A stretch of 64,000 nucleotides of DNA, taken from Octopus sinensis. Lineage: Eukaryota. Made by a program: the position numbers and the translations under genes. The stretch lies in contig NC_043011.1 of the NCBI RefSeq assembly GCF_006345805.1, positions 22,766,464 through 22,830,463 of the forward strand, in the 5' to 3' direction. Of the stretch, positions 24,309 through 36,972 are shown piece after piece. The notes below the pieces were generated by a model. The model made no database searches. It saw only the letters and a list, made by a program, of their open reading frames with translations, and had not been told where the DNA came from. How positions within the stretch are numbered: position 1 is the stretch's first letter; each line of letters starts with the position of its first letter.

Positions 24309-24479
24309 ATAAGAATTTTTTGCGTAATAAGATAAAAAAAACCAAGGCTGTATAGATATTAGAGACGATGAAAGGATATTATTAATTAATATCCTAGAAA
24401 CAGCTGTAAGACCTATCTATAAATGCTCTAATATCTATACAGCCTTGGTTTTTTATCTTATTACGCAAAAAATTCTTAT
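24309..24479 (+). ncRNA. Fold-back element (~55 bp arms) with a hammerhead-like core in the loop
   Basis: Arms 24309..24364 / 24426..24479; loop ACGATGA-A-AGGATATT-attaatt-AATATCCT-A-GAAAC-AGCT-GTA-AGAC; first core bases are non-canonical. Confidence 0.65.
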
Positions 24480-24877
24480 GGGAAAGTGAGTGCGTGTGTG
24501 TGAACTCGTGCATATGCATGTATTACATCACGAGACTATCAACAGCGATGAGATAAGCCAATATCCTCAATAAAATTGTTACGAAGTAGCACAGGATTGA
24601 AGATACTGAAGAGAAAGTATATTACATTCAATTAGAGGTCATTGAATTAATAAAAAGAAACGGAAACAATCAGACTCCACACACGATCAATAGCTAACTT
24701 CAACCCCCACCCAATAGACCGAACATAATTTGTTATATGATTATAATAATTTCTACCATACACACAAGAACACTAGTTATTTTGCGGTGTGGTGGTGGTG
24801 GTAAGTTTAAGTTGACCTCTAGTACTTGACTTTCACTTATATTATCTAAATACTTCAAAACGTTTTGTTGCTACTCC

Positions 24878-24912
<35 letters not shown>

Positions 24913-24926
24913 TTGTTGTTGCCAAA

Positions 24927-25400
24927 GCGGCGAACTGGTAGAATAATTAGCGAGCCAGACAAAATGTTTAGCAGCATTTCGTCCCGCTTCACGTTTTGAG
25001 TTCAAATCTCGCCAAGGTCGACTTTGTTATTCATCCTTTCGGGGTCGATAAATTAAGCACCTATTTCTATATTACCCACAGGGGGGCTAAACACAGAGGG
25101 GACAAACAAGGACAGACATAGGTATTAAGTCGATTACATCGACCCCAGTGCGTAACTGGTACTTAATTTATCGACCCCGAAAGGATGAAAGGCAAAGTCG
25201 ACCTCGGCGGAATTTGAACTCACAACGTAACTGCAGACGAAATACCTCTAAGCATTTCGCCCGGCGTGCTAACGTTTCTGCCAACTTGCCGCCTTATAAA
25301 TTAAGTACCAGTTGAGCACTGGGGTCGATGTAATCGACTAGTCCCCACCTCCAATCGTTGTGCTAGTCTTCTCCTCCGAACTTTGAAGCCATAATTATTA
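24927..25400 (+). mobile_element. SINE family B carrying an antisense family B copy (25062..25295)
   Basis: 14 bp TSD ATAAATTAAG(C/T)ACC at 25048..25061 and 25296..25309. Confidence 0.85.
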
Positions 25401-25861
25401 TTATTAAGATGACGAGCTGGCAGAACCGTAAACACCTGTCTTAGTAACATTCTGAGTTCAAATTCCGCGGTCGTTGACTTTGCGTTTCATCCTTCAGGAA
25501 TGATAAAATTAGTTACTGTTTAGCACTGGGGTTGGCCTTGAGCCAAAATTTGGCGCAATTATCATCATCATCATTATTATGCAGTTGATCTATCAAAATC
25601 TGGAACCAAAGCATTGATCATGCGTAAACACGAACACGCAAAAACACATGAATGTAGAGATATATATAAGCGGATGTGAAAAAAGAAAAACCCTGGCGTC
25701 AATTCCCGTTTGGATTGCATATATATAATATATGACATTCATATACATAGAGGTACTGTTGTGGAGTGGATATGGCATTAAGCTATCAGGTCACTTGACG
25801 TAGATTCAAATCTGCAGCAATTGATTCATTGTGTTCCTGAGAGGATACGACTTATGTATAT

Positions 25862-26252
25862 TTACTCTTTTACTTGTTTCAGTCATTTGACTGCGGCCAT
25901 GCTGGAGCACCGCCTTTAGTCGAGCAACTCGACCCCGGGACTTATTCTTTTGTAAGCCCAGTACTTATTCTATCGGTCTCTTTTTGCTGAACCGCTAAGT
26001 AACGGGGACGTAAACACACCAGCATTGGTTGTCAAGCAATGCTAGGGGAACAAACACAGACACACAAACACACACACATATATATATATACGACAGGCTT
26101 CTTTCAGTTTCCGTCTACCAAATCCACTCACAAGGCTTTGGTCGGCCCGGGGCTATAGCAGAAGACACTTGCCCAAGATGCCACGCAGTGGGACTGAACC
26201 CGGAACCATGTGGTTGGTTAGCAAGCTACTTACCACACAGCCACTCCTGCGC
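25862..26252 (-). mobile_element. SINE family A
   Basis: Reverse complement of 224..632. Confidence 0.9.
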
Positions 26253-27864
26253 CTTTGTTCACTTTAAAAAAAAGAGATATCTTTAAACATAGATAAGTGT
26301 ATAATAAATGACAAGCGTCTAAGGAGTGGGACAACGGCAACTTTAAAAAAAGAAAAAAATCTTCTCAAGTAAATTTCCAGAAAAAAACCCACATTACGCA
26401 CTGTCCATGTCACAATGAGATGGACAATGAGACTACTTAAAAGTACACTGTCCTTTATAGAAATATAATGAACGACTGTAAAACAAAAACATCTGCAATA
26501 GATTTGAACTCACGAGGCATAGACCAGTAGGCTATCACTTAGTCCAATTGACCACTTCGTCTCTAAAGCCAGCTAACTGTAGGGGGATATGAGCTAGATT
26601 TTGAGAAAGAGATTATAAAGTTAGAACCCATAGATGTATATGTTTGACATAGAAAAACCAACCAGAGTGTCTTCGAAATAGGTATTTAAAGAATAAGTAG
26701 ATTTTCTAAGTATGAAAAACGCTGTCAAAGTATGAAGAAAGACGTCAAAGTACGAAAGAGGTCTTCAAAGTCGAGGTGGGTGGGGGGTTCAAAGTATCAA
26801 GAAGGTATTCAAGTTATAAGAAAGGCCCTTGAAAGCTTCAAATGAACTCTGAACGAGCAGACCTATTCTCTAAATCGTTCTAGACGTGACCATCCTATCT
26901 TTTTTCTTACATAGTTTTTTTTTTTATCAGATAATATCCAATATGTTCTTCTTATTTTTAAAAGGTTAGAGTTTAATATGGAGGATACGTGACTGCTATT
27001 CCTAGAAGTCACGTCTCTTTCGTTTTAGTGGTGTGCGGTAAAGATTGCAGTAAAATTTGGAATCAGTACATTAAAGTATTTCTTTTCGTCTCTGTAGGCA
27101 TCGTATCCTTAAATTCAAACCACACTGAAGAACGTTATTCTTTTTATCACTCTAGTGAAGGATAAAACGAGTGTTAATATCCTACCATTATGTGATAAAA
27201 AAAAAGTATTGCTCTTGTATGTAGCTTGGAAATCATTGTTTGTTCTGGGAGTTACAAAATGAAATAAAGAACTTGTAGAATAAAGCATAACGAAAAGCTG
27301 ATGCAGACGACAGTCTGTTTGATGCAGACGACAGTTACGGGATTCAGAGAGGAGAGAACGAGTGCACAACAGTAGTTACGGCACAGCTTCATACATGAAA
27401 GGGAGATGTTCAGAAAAGATGCAAATTAGTTTTCACACGTTTAAAACTAATTAGAAATAATTGTGCTGTGATGCGATGGGAAACACAGTATTAATCAATG
27501 ACTATATGGTTTTTATGGTCTCGGTAGGAAAGAAAGACAACTTTAAACATCTATTGGTATTATTCTGTCTTCATCAGCCGTAAACATATTACGGTTATAA
27601 TAGCCGTTGACTAATATCTTTAATCGATAAGCAATAACTTTAATCAGGATCTTGTCATAGCTATTTTTATGTTGTGAAGCTATCGTAAGCAAGATAATGA
27701 ATGATTAAAACGATATGGAATTTTTTGCTTTTGATTAATAATTTACAAAAATGTTATCAACATTATTGTAAACTACCCCCTTGAAAACGTGTCTCAGCAA
27801 AATTTCATTAAACGATATGAATTAATAAGAACGTTACATACAGTCTCCCTCTCTATCTCTATTT

Positions 27865-27903
<39 letters not shown>

Positions 27904-28194
27904 GCAATACATACACCCAAGCACATACACACATACATACAAGTACACATTCATGGTGACCTAACTGAATTGTGTCACATTGCTTTATTAAATCGGTGGT
28001 TCTCGAGTTTTTGTAGCTCAGCAGCCAACTTTCACCGAATAGCGTTTTGCAAATGTTCCCTTTGCATGTTTCATGAAAAAAAAATGAACAAACAAACAAA
28101 CAAGTAAATAAATAAGCTAATTTCATGTAGTGACTTATCACATTCTTGTTAAATTTTTAAGGAAATTACTAGAAATTTTTTTTAAAAAAAGGTA

Positions 28195-28595
28195 AGGCGT
28201 GGCTGTGTGGTAACAAGTTTGCCAGCCACATGAATCTGAGTTCAGTCCCATTGCATGACACATTGGGCAATTGTCTTCTACTACAGCTTCGGGTTGACCA
28301 CAACCTCGTGGGTAGATTTGGTAAATGGAAACTGAAGAAGTCTGTCGAATGTGTGTGTGTGCGTGTGTGTGTGTCTGTGTGTGTGTGACCACCGCTTCAC
28401 AACCGGTCTTGGTGTATTTACGTCTCCGTTAGCTGGCGGTTCAGCAAAAGAAAATGATAGAATAACTACTAGGCCTTACAAACAAAAAGTGATAATATGT
28501 ACTTGGGTCGATTCGTTCGACTAAAATTCAAGGCGGTGCTCCAACATGGCCGCAGTCTAATGAATGAAGCAAGTAAAACATAAAAGATAAAAGGA
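28195..28595 (+). mobile_element. SINE family A, diverged
   Basis: Head, centre and tail recognisable. Confidence 0.8.
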
Positions 28596-29089
28596 TTTCT
28601 ATAAAGAAACATTGAACCTTGGTGCAGCATCAGCCATGTTTTCTGCTCACTGACAATACAATATTCGACTCATGATTCTCATTCCAACAGTTCTTTTTGG
28701 AAAATGTGCTTAAAATATAGGTACTGTATCTAGATTAAGTATTCGGTTTCTTAGAAAAAATCGTGGCCCCTCTAAAATACCCAGCGTCTTTTTGGTGTCT
28801 GCTGTCGCCTTCTGAACTCCCACAAAGTGGAGCGCAAGTTAAAAAACTAAAACAAAAGCCCACTGTACTTAATGTAACACGTCTAAGGGAGATAATTCTT
28901 TTCCCCCCAATATTTAAGGGATTTTTTTTATTACCTAAATAATTTAAACGATTTGTAAAATTCGAAAAATAGTTTTAATATTGCTTTGTAGCTGTTTCCA
29001 TAACTTCATTATTTTCCCGCGATAGTTGAAAGAGAAAATTCTATAAAACTATAGAAAGCAACATGAAGCACCATGGGGGAAAAATACTG

Positions 29090-29455
29090 CATTTTATCCG
29101 GTATACGCATAAGGGTAAAGACATCCTTCGGTCATGAATAACCATGGGATTGCACCTAGAAAGTTACCCTTTGAAGAACAAGTCCCAGCAAGGTTGTTTA
29201 TGGAAGACCAGCAGTCGCCCATGCATACCAGCATCCGCTTTCCAAGCCACTGATGTTGTCCAAAGGAGAAGCAAAGGCCGATACAGTTTGGCACCAGTGA
29301 CGTCGCAACTCATTTCTACAATGAGTGAAATGGAGCAACGTGAAATAAGTGTTTCAGTCAAGAACATAACACACAGTCCGGTCCGGGAATCGAACTCACT
29401 ACCTCATGATTGTGAGTCCGACGCTCTAACCAGTGAGCCATGCACCTTCACTGGT
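29090..29455 (-). mobile_element. tRNA-derived SINE (third family)
   Basis: Minus strand A-box TGGCTCACTGGTTAG, B-box AGTTCGATTCCC, then AACACTTATTTCACGTTGCTCC. Confidence 0.75.
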
Positions 29456-29507
29456 ATACACATCAAGACAGTATTTAATTAAAATGACCAGTTACACAGC
29501 ATACTTA

Positions 29508-29904
29508 TCTTTATATATAAAAGTGAAGTTGTGTGTCTGTCTCCTACGATTTGGATTCCTAACTACTCCCACATTTTGCGGTGCAGTGTAACCAAAAGCG
29601 GATATCTTATAGTCGTGATTCATATCGAGCCCTTCTGGGTATTAGCGCGCGTCTACGATGAGTCTACGATTTAAAAAATAATTTACCATCATTTTCTCCA
29701 TTTGATGCATTTTTTCGCTATTATATAAGGGAAGTAACTCTCTAAAAATGTCTACGATGAGTCGACGATTTAAAAAAAAATTTACCATCATTTTTTTTTC
29801 CATTTTTAATGCATTTTTTTGCTATTTTTTGGCTATAACTCTCTAAAAATGCTTATATAGTTATTTTCCTTACAAACCGGAGCAACGCCGGGTGATACTG
29901 CTAG
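29508..29904 (+). mobile_element. Non-autonomous Helitron-like element
   Basis: A|TCTTTATATATAAAA 5' end; 3' GC hairpin CCGGAGCAACGCCGG then CTAG|T; no TSD. Confidence 0.75.
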
Positions 29905-30497
29905 TTATATATAAACACTGCCGATAGGTCAGTTGCAGTAGCATTAGCCCTGAGATAGCATCTATTATGACCTTGCTGTGTCAGAAACACAATACATATC
30001 GGAGAGATTAAAATTTGTCCCAACAGCAACCAGCGACAGCGCCAGATGGATTTCGAACTTTTAGAGCCTTTACAGCAAAAAGTATTAGTTAAGAAGGGTG
30101 CCAAAGTCATTGTTTCTAAACCCTGGTAAACTTTGATCGAATAGAACTCTGATCGAAGCATCCTAAGCCTAAGCATCCTGTCTCTTTCAGGTTACACACA
30201 ACTGCTCTGACTGATGTATCCTTCCTTTTTAAAATGGTACGGTGTGAGTTGAGGGAGATTGACCACGGTATCCAGCATTCTTTTACTTGTTTCGGTCATT
30301 TGACTACCGCCATGCTGGAGCACCTTGAAAGGGGTTTAGTCGAGCAAATCGATCCCAGAACTTATTTTTTTTAAAGCCTAGTACTTATTCTATCGAACCG
30401 CTAAGTTACGGAGACATAAACACACGAAAACCGGTTGTCAAGCGGTGATGGAGTGAGGACAAACACAGACACACGCACACAGATATGTACATACATG

Positions 30498-30585
<88 letters not shown>

Positions 30586-30586
<1 letters not shown>

Positions 30587-30731
30587 GAGGGGCGTTCAAT
30601 AAGTAATGCCCCTGACCCACTTCCTATAGCACTTCCTATAGTATAGAGATATAAATGATTGCACATGCAAAATTTCAGCTAGATCAAACAACTGCAAATG
30701 GGTCAGAGGCATTACTTATTGAACGTCCCTC

Positions 30732-30732
<1 letters not shown>
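30586..30732. mobile_element. Mariner-type MITE in (TA)n
   Basis: TIRs CGAGGGGCGTTCAATAAGTAATGCCCCTGACCCA / TGGGTCAGAGGCATTACTTATTGAACGTCCCTCG; TA flanks. Confidence 0.9.
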
Positions 30733-30786
<54 letters not shown>

Positions 30787-31769
30787 CAAAGCATTCAATT
30801 GAAATCAGAGAATTGAAATCAGATGTTAGTACTGTTCATATCATCTGTGGATAAATTTTAAAATTGATGATATCACCAGCAGCGACATGGATGGATCTCA
30901 GGTGCAATAGCATTAAATAGCTATGAATTATAAATTTGCACTAAGCGTAATAATGCTTAACAAGAATCCACCTGCTAGAAATAAGACCTAAAGTCTTAAA
31001 TTTATCCACCGTACTGCACCAAGATAACAGAGAAAAACAGTATGCGAGGAAAACAGAAAGGATTAAAACATTTAACAGCTCAAATATAAATATTATGCAA
31101 TTAAGGCTATCCACATACTAGGTTTCGGCTTCTGAGTATTTAAACCCTGAGCCTCGTCAGTGTGGCCTACCGGGTCATAATCTATAACTGTTACGTTAAA
31201 CTCTGACTGTGCAACTGGTTTTGTTTTGCGCCAAAATATATACACCGAACTTCCTTCAGTTTGCATCATCTAACAAATTCACTCGCAAGGCTCTGGTCGG
31301 CCGGGGGCTATAGTAGAAGACACTTGCCCAAGGTGCCACGCAGTGGGATTGAACCGGGAACCATGTGGTAAGGAGGCAAACTTCTTACCACACAGCCATG
31401 CCTGCTGTCGAATTATTTTACAGATTCCTAGATATGCAACTTAAATTACTGCTTTGCTCTCAACACTTAAACAATTTTATTCGTGTGGCTTCTTAAAGAC
31501 TTCTTCAGCAATAGGTTTCAGTTTACCAGGCGATAGGAATTTCGCAAGCTAGAGTTCATCGCCATTGATGTCCCACATTAACACGCACGGAGACTGCAAC
31601 CAATCTTTCTTTTATCCTTTGTTTGTTTCAGTCATTGGAATGTAGCCATGCTAGGACACCTCCTTGAAGGGTTTAGTCGACTCGACCTCAGTACTTATTT
31701 TCCTTCTTAACCAGAGTCATTGCATGCATCATAATCGGTTCATTATTTTCCCAAAGTTTCGCTTAGCTG

Positions 31770-32020
31770 ATATTAACGAGCAAATGGCTGAGCACTCCAC
31801 AGATCGCGTACCCTTAACGTAGTTCTCGGGAAGATTCAGCATGAAAACAAAATGTGAGAAGACTGGCCTTTGAAACGCAGGTACTTCTCTGTTTTGTCAG
31901 CTGAATGGACGGGAGCAACGTGAAATAAAGTGTCTTGCCCGAGGACACAACGCGCCGGCGGGAATCGAACTTACGACTTTAAGATCGTGAGCCGAATACT
32001 CTAACCACTTAGCCACGCAC
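31770..32020 (-). mobile_element. tRNA-derived SINE related to 29090..29455
   Basis: A-box TGGCTAAGTGGTTAG, B-box AGTTCGATTCCC, GTCCTCGGGCAAGACACTTTATTTCACGTTGCTCC. Confidence 0.75.
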
Positions 32021-32397
32021 CTATTACATATTACATGTTTTAGTGCACTAAAAGCTTTTCCTCCTGAGTTTAGGCTGCTGAAATTGGGGCACATCTAATA
32101 TACTTCTGTGTTCTTTTAGACGATGCGAGAGGGTATCTATTATTACAGCTCAAGTCATAAGTGTTTTATTCATTCCTACACGTGAACAGTCGCGCGCCCG
32201 CGCAGGGAGAGGCATTAATAGAGACGGAAGGTGGTGTATTGACCGAGTCGTTAGTATATCGGATAGAATGTGTTTGCTCCACCTAAATGCGCTCTCAGTT
32301 CAAATCCCGTCGAGGTCAGCTCAACCTGTCATTCTTCCGAGATGAATTAGTGAAGTTTGTTACAGCAGTGGGCTTCAACATTTTTATTCCCATGTAA

Positions 32398-32630
32398 CCT
32401 ATTTCTTTATTACCCACAAGGGGCTAAACACAGAGGGGACAAACAAGGACAGACATAGGTATTAAGTCGATTACATCGACCCCAGTGCGTAACTGGTACT
32501 TAATTTATCGACCCCGAAAGGATGAAAGGCAAAGTCGACCTCGGCGGAATTTGAACTCACAACGTAACGGCAGGCGAAATACCGTTAAGCATTTCGCCCG
32601 GCGTGCTAACGTTTCTGCCAGCTCGCCGCC
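32398..32630 (-). mobile_element. SINE family B with a diverged 18 bp TSD
   Basis: TTTTATTCCCATGTAACC on the left versus TTTTATTCCCCTACAACC on the right. Confidence 0.85.
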
Positions 32631-32901
32631 TTTTATTCCCCTACAACCGTTTCACTCCTCAACCATTGTCTGACTCAAAATGTGGTTTCCATAATGAATG
32701 CTTATAATCTTTTTATTTTTTATTTATTTTAGTCATTAGATTGAGGCCATGCTGGGGCACGACCTCGAGAAGTTCAACAACTGTACTTTTTTTTTTTTTT
32801 CAGTCCGTTACTTATCTTATCGTTCTCTTTTGCTGAACTGCTAACTTACGGAGATGAAAACAGACCAACACCAGTTGTCAAGCTGTGATCTCACACACAC
32901 A

Positions 32902-32953
<52 letters not shown>

Positions 32954-32954
32954 C

Positions 32955-33013
<59 letters not shown>

Positions 33014-33242
33014 CACATAGAATAAGAAGGGTCTAGGCCCCTTATGATCTAAACTAATAGGTACGCTGTGTGAGTCCTCCAATTGATAAGCGACTAGGAT
33101 CCAAGTTCACAACGGGTACTGGAGTTGGGGATCTGTAGCCTACTTCCGAGTCAGCGGGTATAAATTAAAGGAAGAAGAAAACAAAACCAAGGCAGGACAA
33201 GCTTATCAGATCACACTGTACAGCTGGTTGTGTTTAAAATAA

Positions 33243-33357
33243 GAAACCCGATGAGATACATTCTGCATTGGAGGATCTAACACAACCAGCTGTACAGTAT
33301 TCCACCCGCAAGGGACAAATGCAGGATTGCAGGATGGGTCGAAACAATTGTTGTTTT
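33243..33357 (+). ncRNA. Type I hammerhead ribozyme motif with long stem II
   Basis: Stem I GAAAC/GTTTT; core CCGATGA (33248..33254); stem II GAT..GTC enclosing ATTCTGCATT/AATGCAGGAT; GAAAC (33341) AATT GTT, with palindromic stem III ACAATTGT. Confidence 0.7.
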
Positions 33358-33896
33358 GAATAAAGATTCTCGCAAACGCCATTTTCCGTTCCCTTCATTC
33401 ATTATGTGTGAGTGTGTGTATGCATGTGCGCGTGTGTACGTATGTATGTGCCCCACCACCACCCTACACCACCCCACAATCACACCACTCCAAACACACT
33501 AGCACTGACCAACCTCAAGCACCCACACCACACCATCATCCGCAGACCCACGAGCCACGCACCATCATCCACACACCCACGCGTTACAGACGAATGCATT
33601 TACACACGCACACATTCACACACGTCAAAGTCACTAGCCCCTAGCCACACACACACTTACACATTCTCACATACACACGCAGGCGCACCTTCATTTTGGG
33701 ATCACCAATACTTTATTACCTCCCCTTCTTTCAACCTCTTCTAGCAAACCTTTTTTTCTTCTAATCAGTCGCCATGCTTAACCGCTAAATTCACAAGTTC
33801 TTTTTTTCTCTCTCTGTTTTCTTTTATTCCTTTCTGTTGAAGAGCTTAGGCTCGAAACTGTTTTCTTTTGATTCCTTGTTGTTTGTCTATAAATTT

Positions 33897-33958
<62 letters not shown>

Positions 33959-34032
33959 GACAGACAGACAGGCAGCAGACAGACAGAGAGACAGACAGGC
34001 AGCAGACAGACAGACAGACCGACAGACAGGCG

Positions 34033-34108
<76 letters not shown>

Positions 34109-34109
34109 T

Positions 34110-34480
34110 AGGCGCAAGAGTGGCTGTGTGGTAAGTAGCTTGCTTACCAACCACATGGTTCCGGGTTCAGTCCTACGACGTGGCACTTTATGCAAGTGTC
34201 TTCTACTATAGCCTCTGGCCGACCAAAGCTTTGTGAGTGGATTTGGTAGACGGAAACTGAAAGAAGCCCATCGTATATATATGTGTGTGTGTGTGTGGTT
34301 GTGTGTCTGTGTTTATCCCCTCACCATCGCTTGACAACCGATCAAAGTGTGTTCACGTCCCCGTAACGTAGCGGCTCGGCAAAAGAGACGGATAGAATAA
34401 GTACTAGGCTGGCAAAGAATAAGTCCAGGGTCGATTTGTTCTACAAAAGGCGGTGCTCCAGAATGACCGCAGTCAGATGA
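34110..34480 (+). mobile_element. SINE family A
   Basis: Full head, centre and tail after (GATA)n. Confidence 0.88.
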
Positions 34481-34569
34481 ATGAATACACACACACACAC
34501 ACACACATACACACACACATACATATATACATACATACATACATATATGCATATATATATATATATATA

Positions 34570-34632
34570 TACTCTGAGTTTCTCGTTGCCGTTCATCAGA
34601 CAGTTTTTGCTGGCAACGAGAAACTCAGAGTA
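34570..34632 (-). ncRNA. Mini fold-back (21 bp perfect arms) in (TA)n containing a hammerhead core
   Basis: Arms TACTCTGAGTTTCTCGTTGCC / GGCAACGAGAAACTCAGAGTA; minus strand CTGT-CTGATGA-A-CGgcaaCG-A-GAAAC-TCAGA-GTA; plus arm continues GTA-ACAG (stem I partner). Confidence 0.65.
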
Positions 34633-34642
34633 ACAGATTTTG

Positions 34643-34678
<36 letters not shown>

Positions 34679-35989
34679 GGATTAGAAGCGCTAAACAGTG
34701 ATGTATGCAAATGTAAACTTGTTACCAATTCAAATATGCTTGAAACATATTCGAACGCGTAAGAAAACCATTCATTGCATTTTGTCATAGAGAAAAATTA
34801 TCGCTGTAGACCAGGCCTGGCCAACTCGAATTACATTGCGGGCCACTTTAATTATAGAAAGTTTTTTTGAGGTCAGTTTGTATACTTTATGTACTAACAG
34901 TCAAATAATCAAATTACTGAGTCAAGAATTTTTCATACTTTTCATTTGTTTAAAATTATAGGCTATTGCTATAATTTTATAAATTTTAGATTTATTTTGA
35001 AACAAATGTTTACACAAGCAACTTTATTTTGAAATTAAACACAATACTTCAACAAAGTATCAAGCGGGTCGGAATCAAGAGGTACGGAATGGGGTAGATC
35101 AGATCCGAGATAAATATGTTTCATAGCGATCGGAACCTCAGAAGTGGCAAATATCCAAGCGGGATGTATACCACAAGACTACTCTTCGGGTCAAGGATAT
35201 CTTGATTAAATGAAAGTTTATCTTCTCAAAAGGAGGTACTTGTTAACGCATGGAAGATCTGATCAGAATGTGTAGAAAACACAGTAGGAGAGGAGGATAT
35301 AAATGTAGAGAGAAATAAGTATTAAAAGAAGAGGAAAATGAAGAAAATATAAGGGAATGAGGAAATTAAGCAAGGTCATAGACCGGTAGTATTTTGGCTG
35401 AATCACAGAAATTAGCAAGGAGAGTGGTATTTGAAATTAATATAATGCGGAGGGAAGAGAGTGGAGAAATATTTTTGATTAAGGGGGAGAAAAAAAGTGT
35501 GCATGAAGAAAGCAAGACAGAATGAGGAATTTAGGCACGGTCATTTGACCGGTCGTATTCAGTAGGGCTGTTTTGGTTGAACCACAGAAAATAATAACGT
35601 GGGGGTGGGTGGAAAGGGTGGGGAAATGTTTTTGGTCAAGGGGGAGAAAATATATATATGTGCATGAAGAAAGAATGGGGAAGAATCGTAGCGGCTACTA
35701 CTGGTTTTCAATTGAGGAATGTATATTGGGTGCTGTGAGCGTGTTTGCAGTATGAAGTAGTAGAGGTGTATGCCGGTGTATGTATTGGTAAGTTTACGAA
35801 GGAGCGGGTAGGAGAGGGGGCAGGTGAAATAAGAGAAAAAAAATTTTTTAATGGTAAGGAAAAATACAGAGAAGTAAGTAAATAAGGAATTAAAGGAAAG
35901 ATATATTTTTGGTCTCATATATAGTGGTGGTGAAGGTTGGTAAGAGGGAAAATTTATGATGGTTGAGGGAAATCGGGGTGGGGTTGTTG

Positions 35990-36790
35990 TTATTTGTATT
36001 TTAAGAATAGATTTAGTGACCGATGTTTGCAGCTAAAAATTATACTGCTGCGCTCATTAAGACAATCTGTGGATAGCAAAATAGCCCAAACCTCGGCTAT
36101 GCAGAGATCACACTTGTTATTATAGCTGAATAGTTTGCCGTGGGTGACTACGGACCACTTGCGAGTGTAAGGAGTTGAATCAAACTTTAGTTTATTGAAT
36201 AGTTGAGACAATTATGTACTGTTGAATTTTGTTTGGGACTTGAAACTGGAGTAGTGGTTGCTCACTCTAGCTTTGAAGGTGGTGATACATGAGCCAATAC
36301 GTATGTAGTTACAGTTGACAATTGATACTGTACGCTTATAAACGATGTTTTTGTGAAACAGCGGTTATCTAAAGGACAGGAGGTTGGGCGTCTACAGTTA
36401 CATAAGTTTGTTGAGGGTATCTTGGATGAACTTGTGAGGGGATTGCTATTTAGTGAAGAAGCGGTGTTAGGTTCGTTATTATTGCTGGCATTAAGATTAG
36501 TATTTGTTAAGGAGTTGAGGGCGGTTTTGTGGGGTTGTATGATATGATATCTATTGTACCCGGTGGTATCTTCTGTGTCGTTCTCAATTTTTACAAGAGG
36601 TATAGTTGGGCGTTAAGGTAATTAAAGGATCCGGTGTTAGCAGTGGAATTATAGTTGGAGTTGTGAGGGTTAGTGCTGTTAAGGAGGTCATTTGGTGTTT
36701 TGGGCTTATATGTATGGAACTGGGGATTATGTTGAATTAATTAATTAGGGCTGTTGTGGATTTCTGAGTTTCTTGTTAAGATATCGGATA
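35990..36790 (-). mobile_element. Decayed Penelope-like element 3' fragment (linker plus GIY-YIG endonuclease)
   Basis: CNCRRPTSCPLDNRCF / KNIVYKRTV..IRIGSCITTFKARVSNHYSSF..ST*LSQLF..WSVV..KCDLCIAE..LNERSSIIFSCKH; one frameshift and one stop; N/S/T-rich linker upstream. Confidence 0.8.
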
Positions 36791-36972
36791 ACTCAGGCTG
36801 AGTAAAAAGTAAGCAACATTTTGAACCATGAAAAATTTGTACCGGATTTTTGCAGAGTTTTGAATTTTTTAAAACATTTTTTGAAATTGTCTGATAATAC
36901 AGACATAGACTTGCCTAAATGCATCAATAAATTAACATTGATATTGTTTTCACCGTTGTTACAATCATCTGG

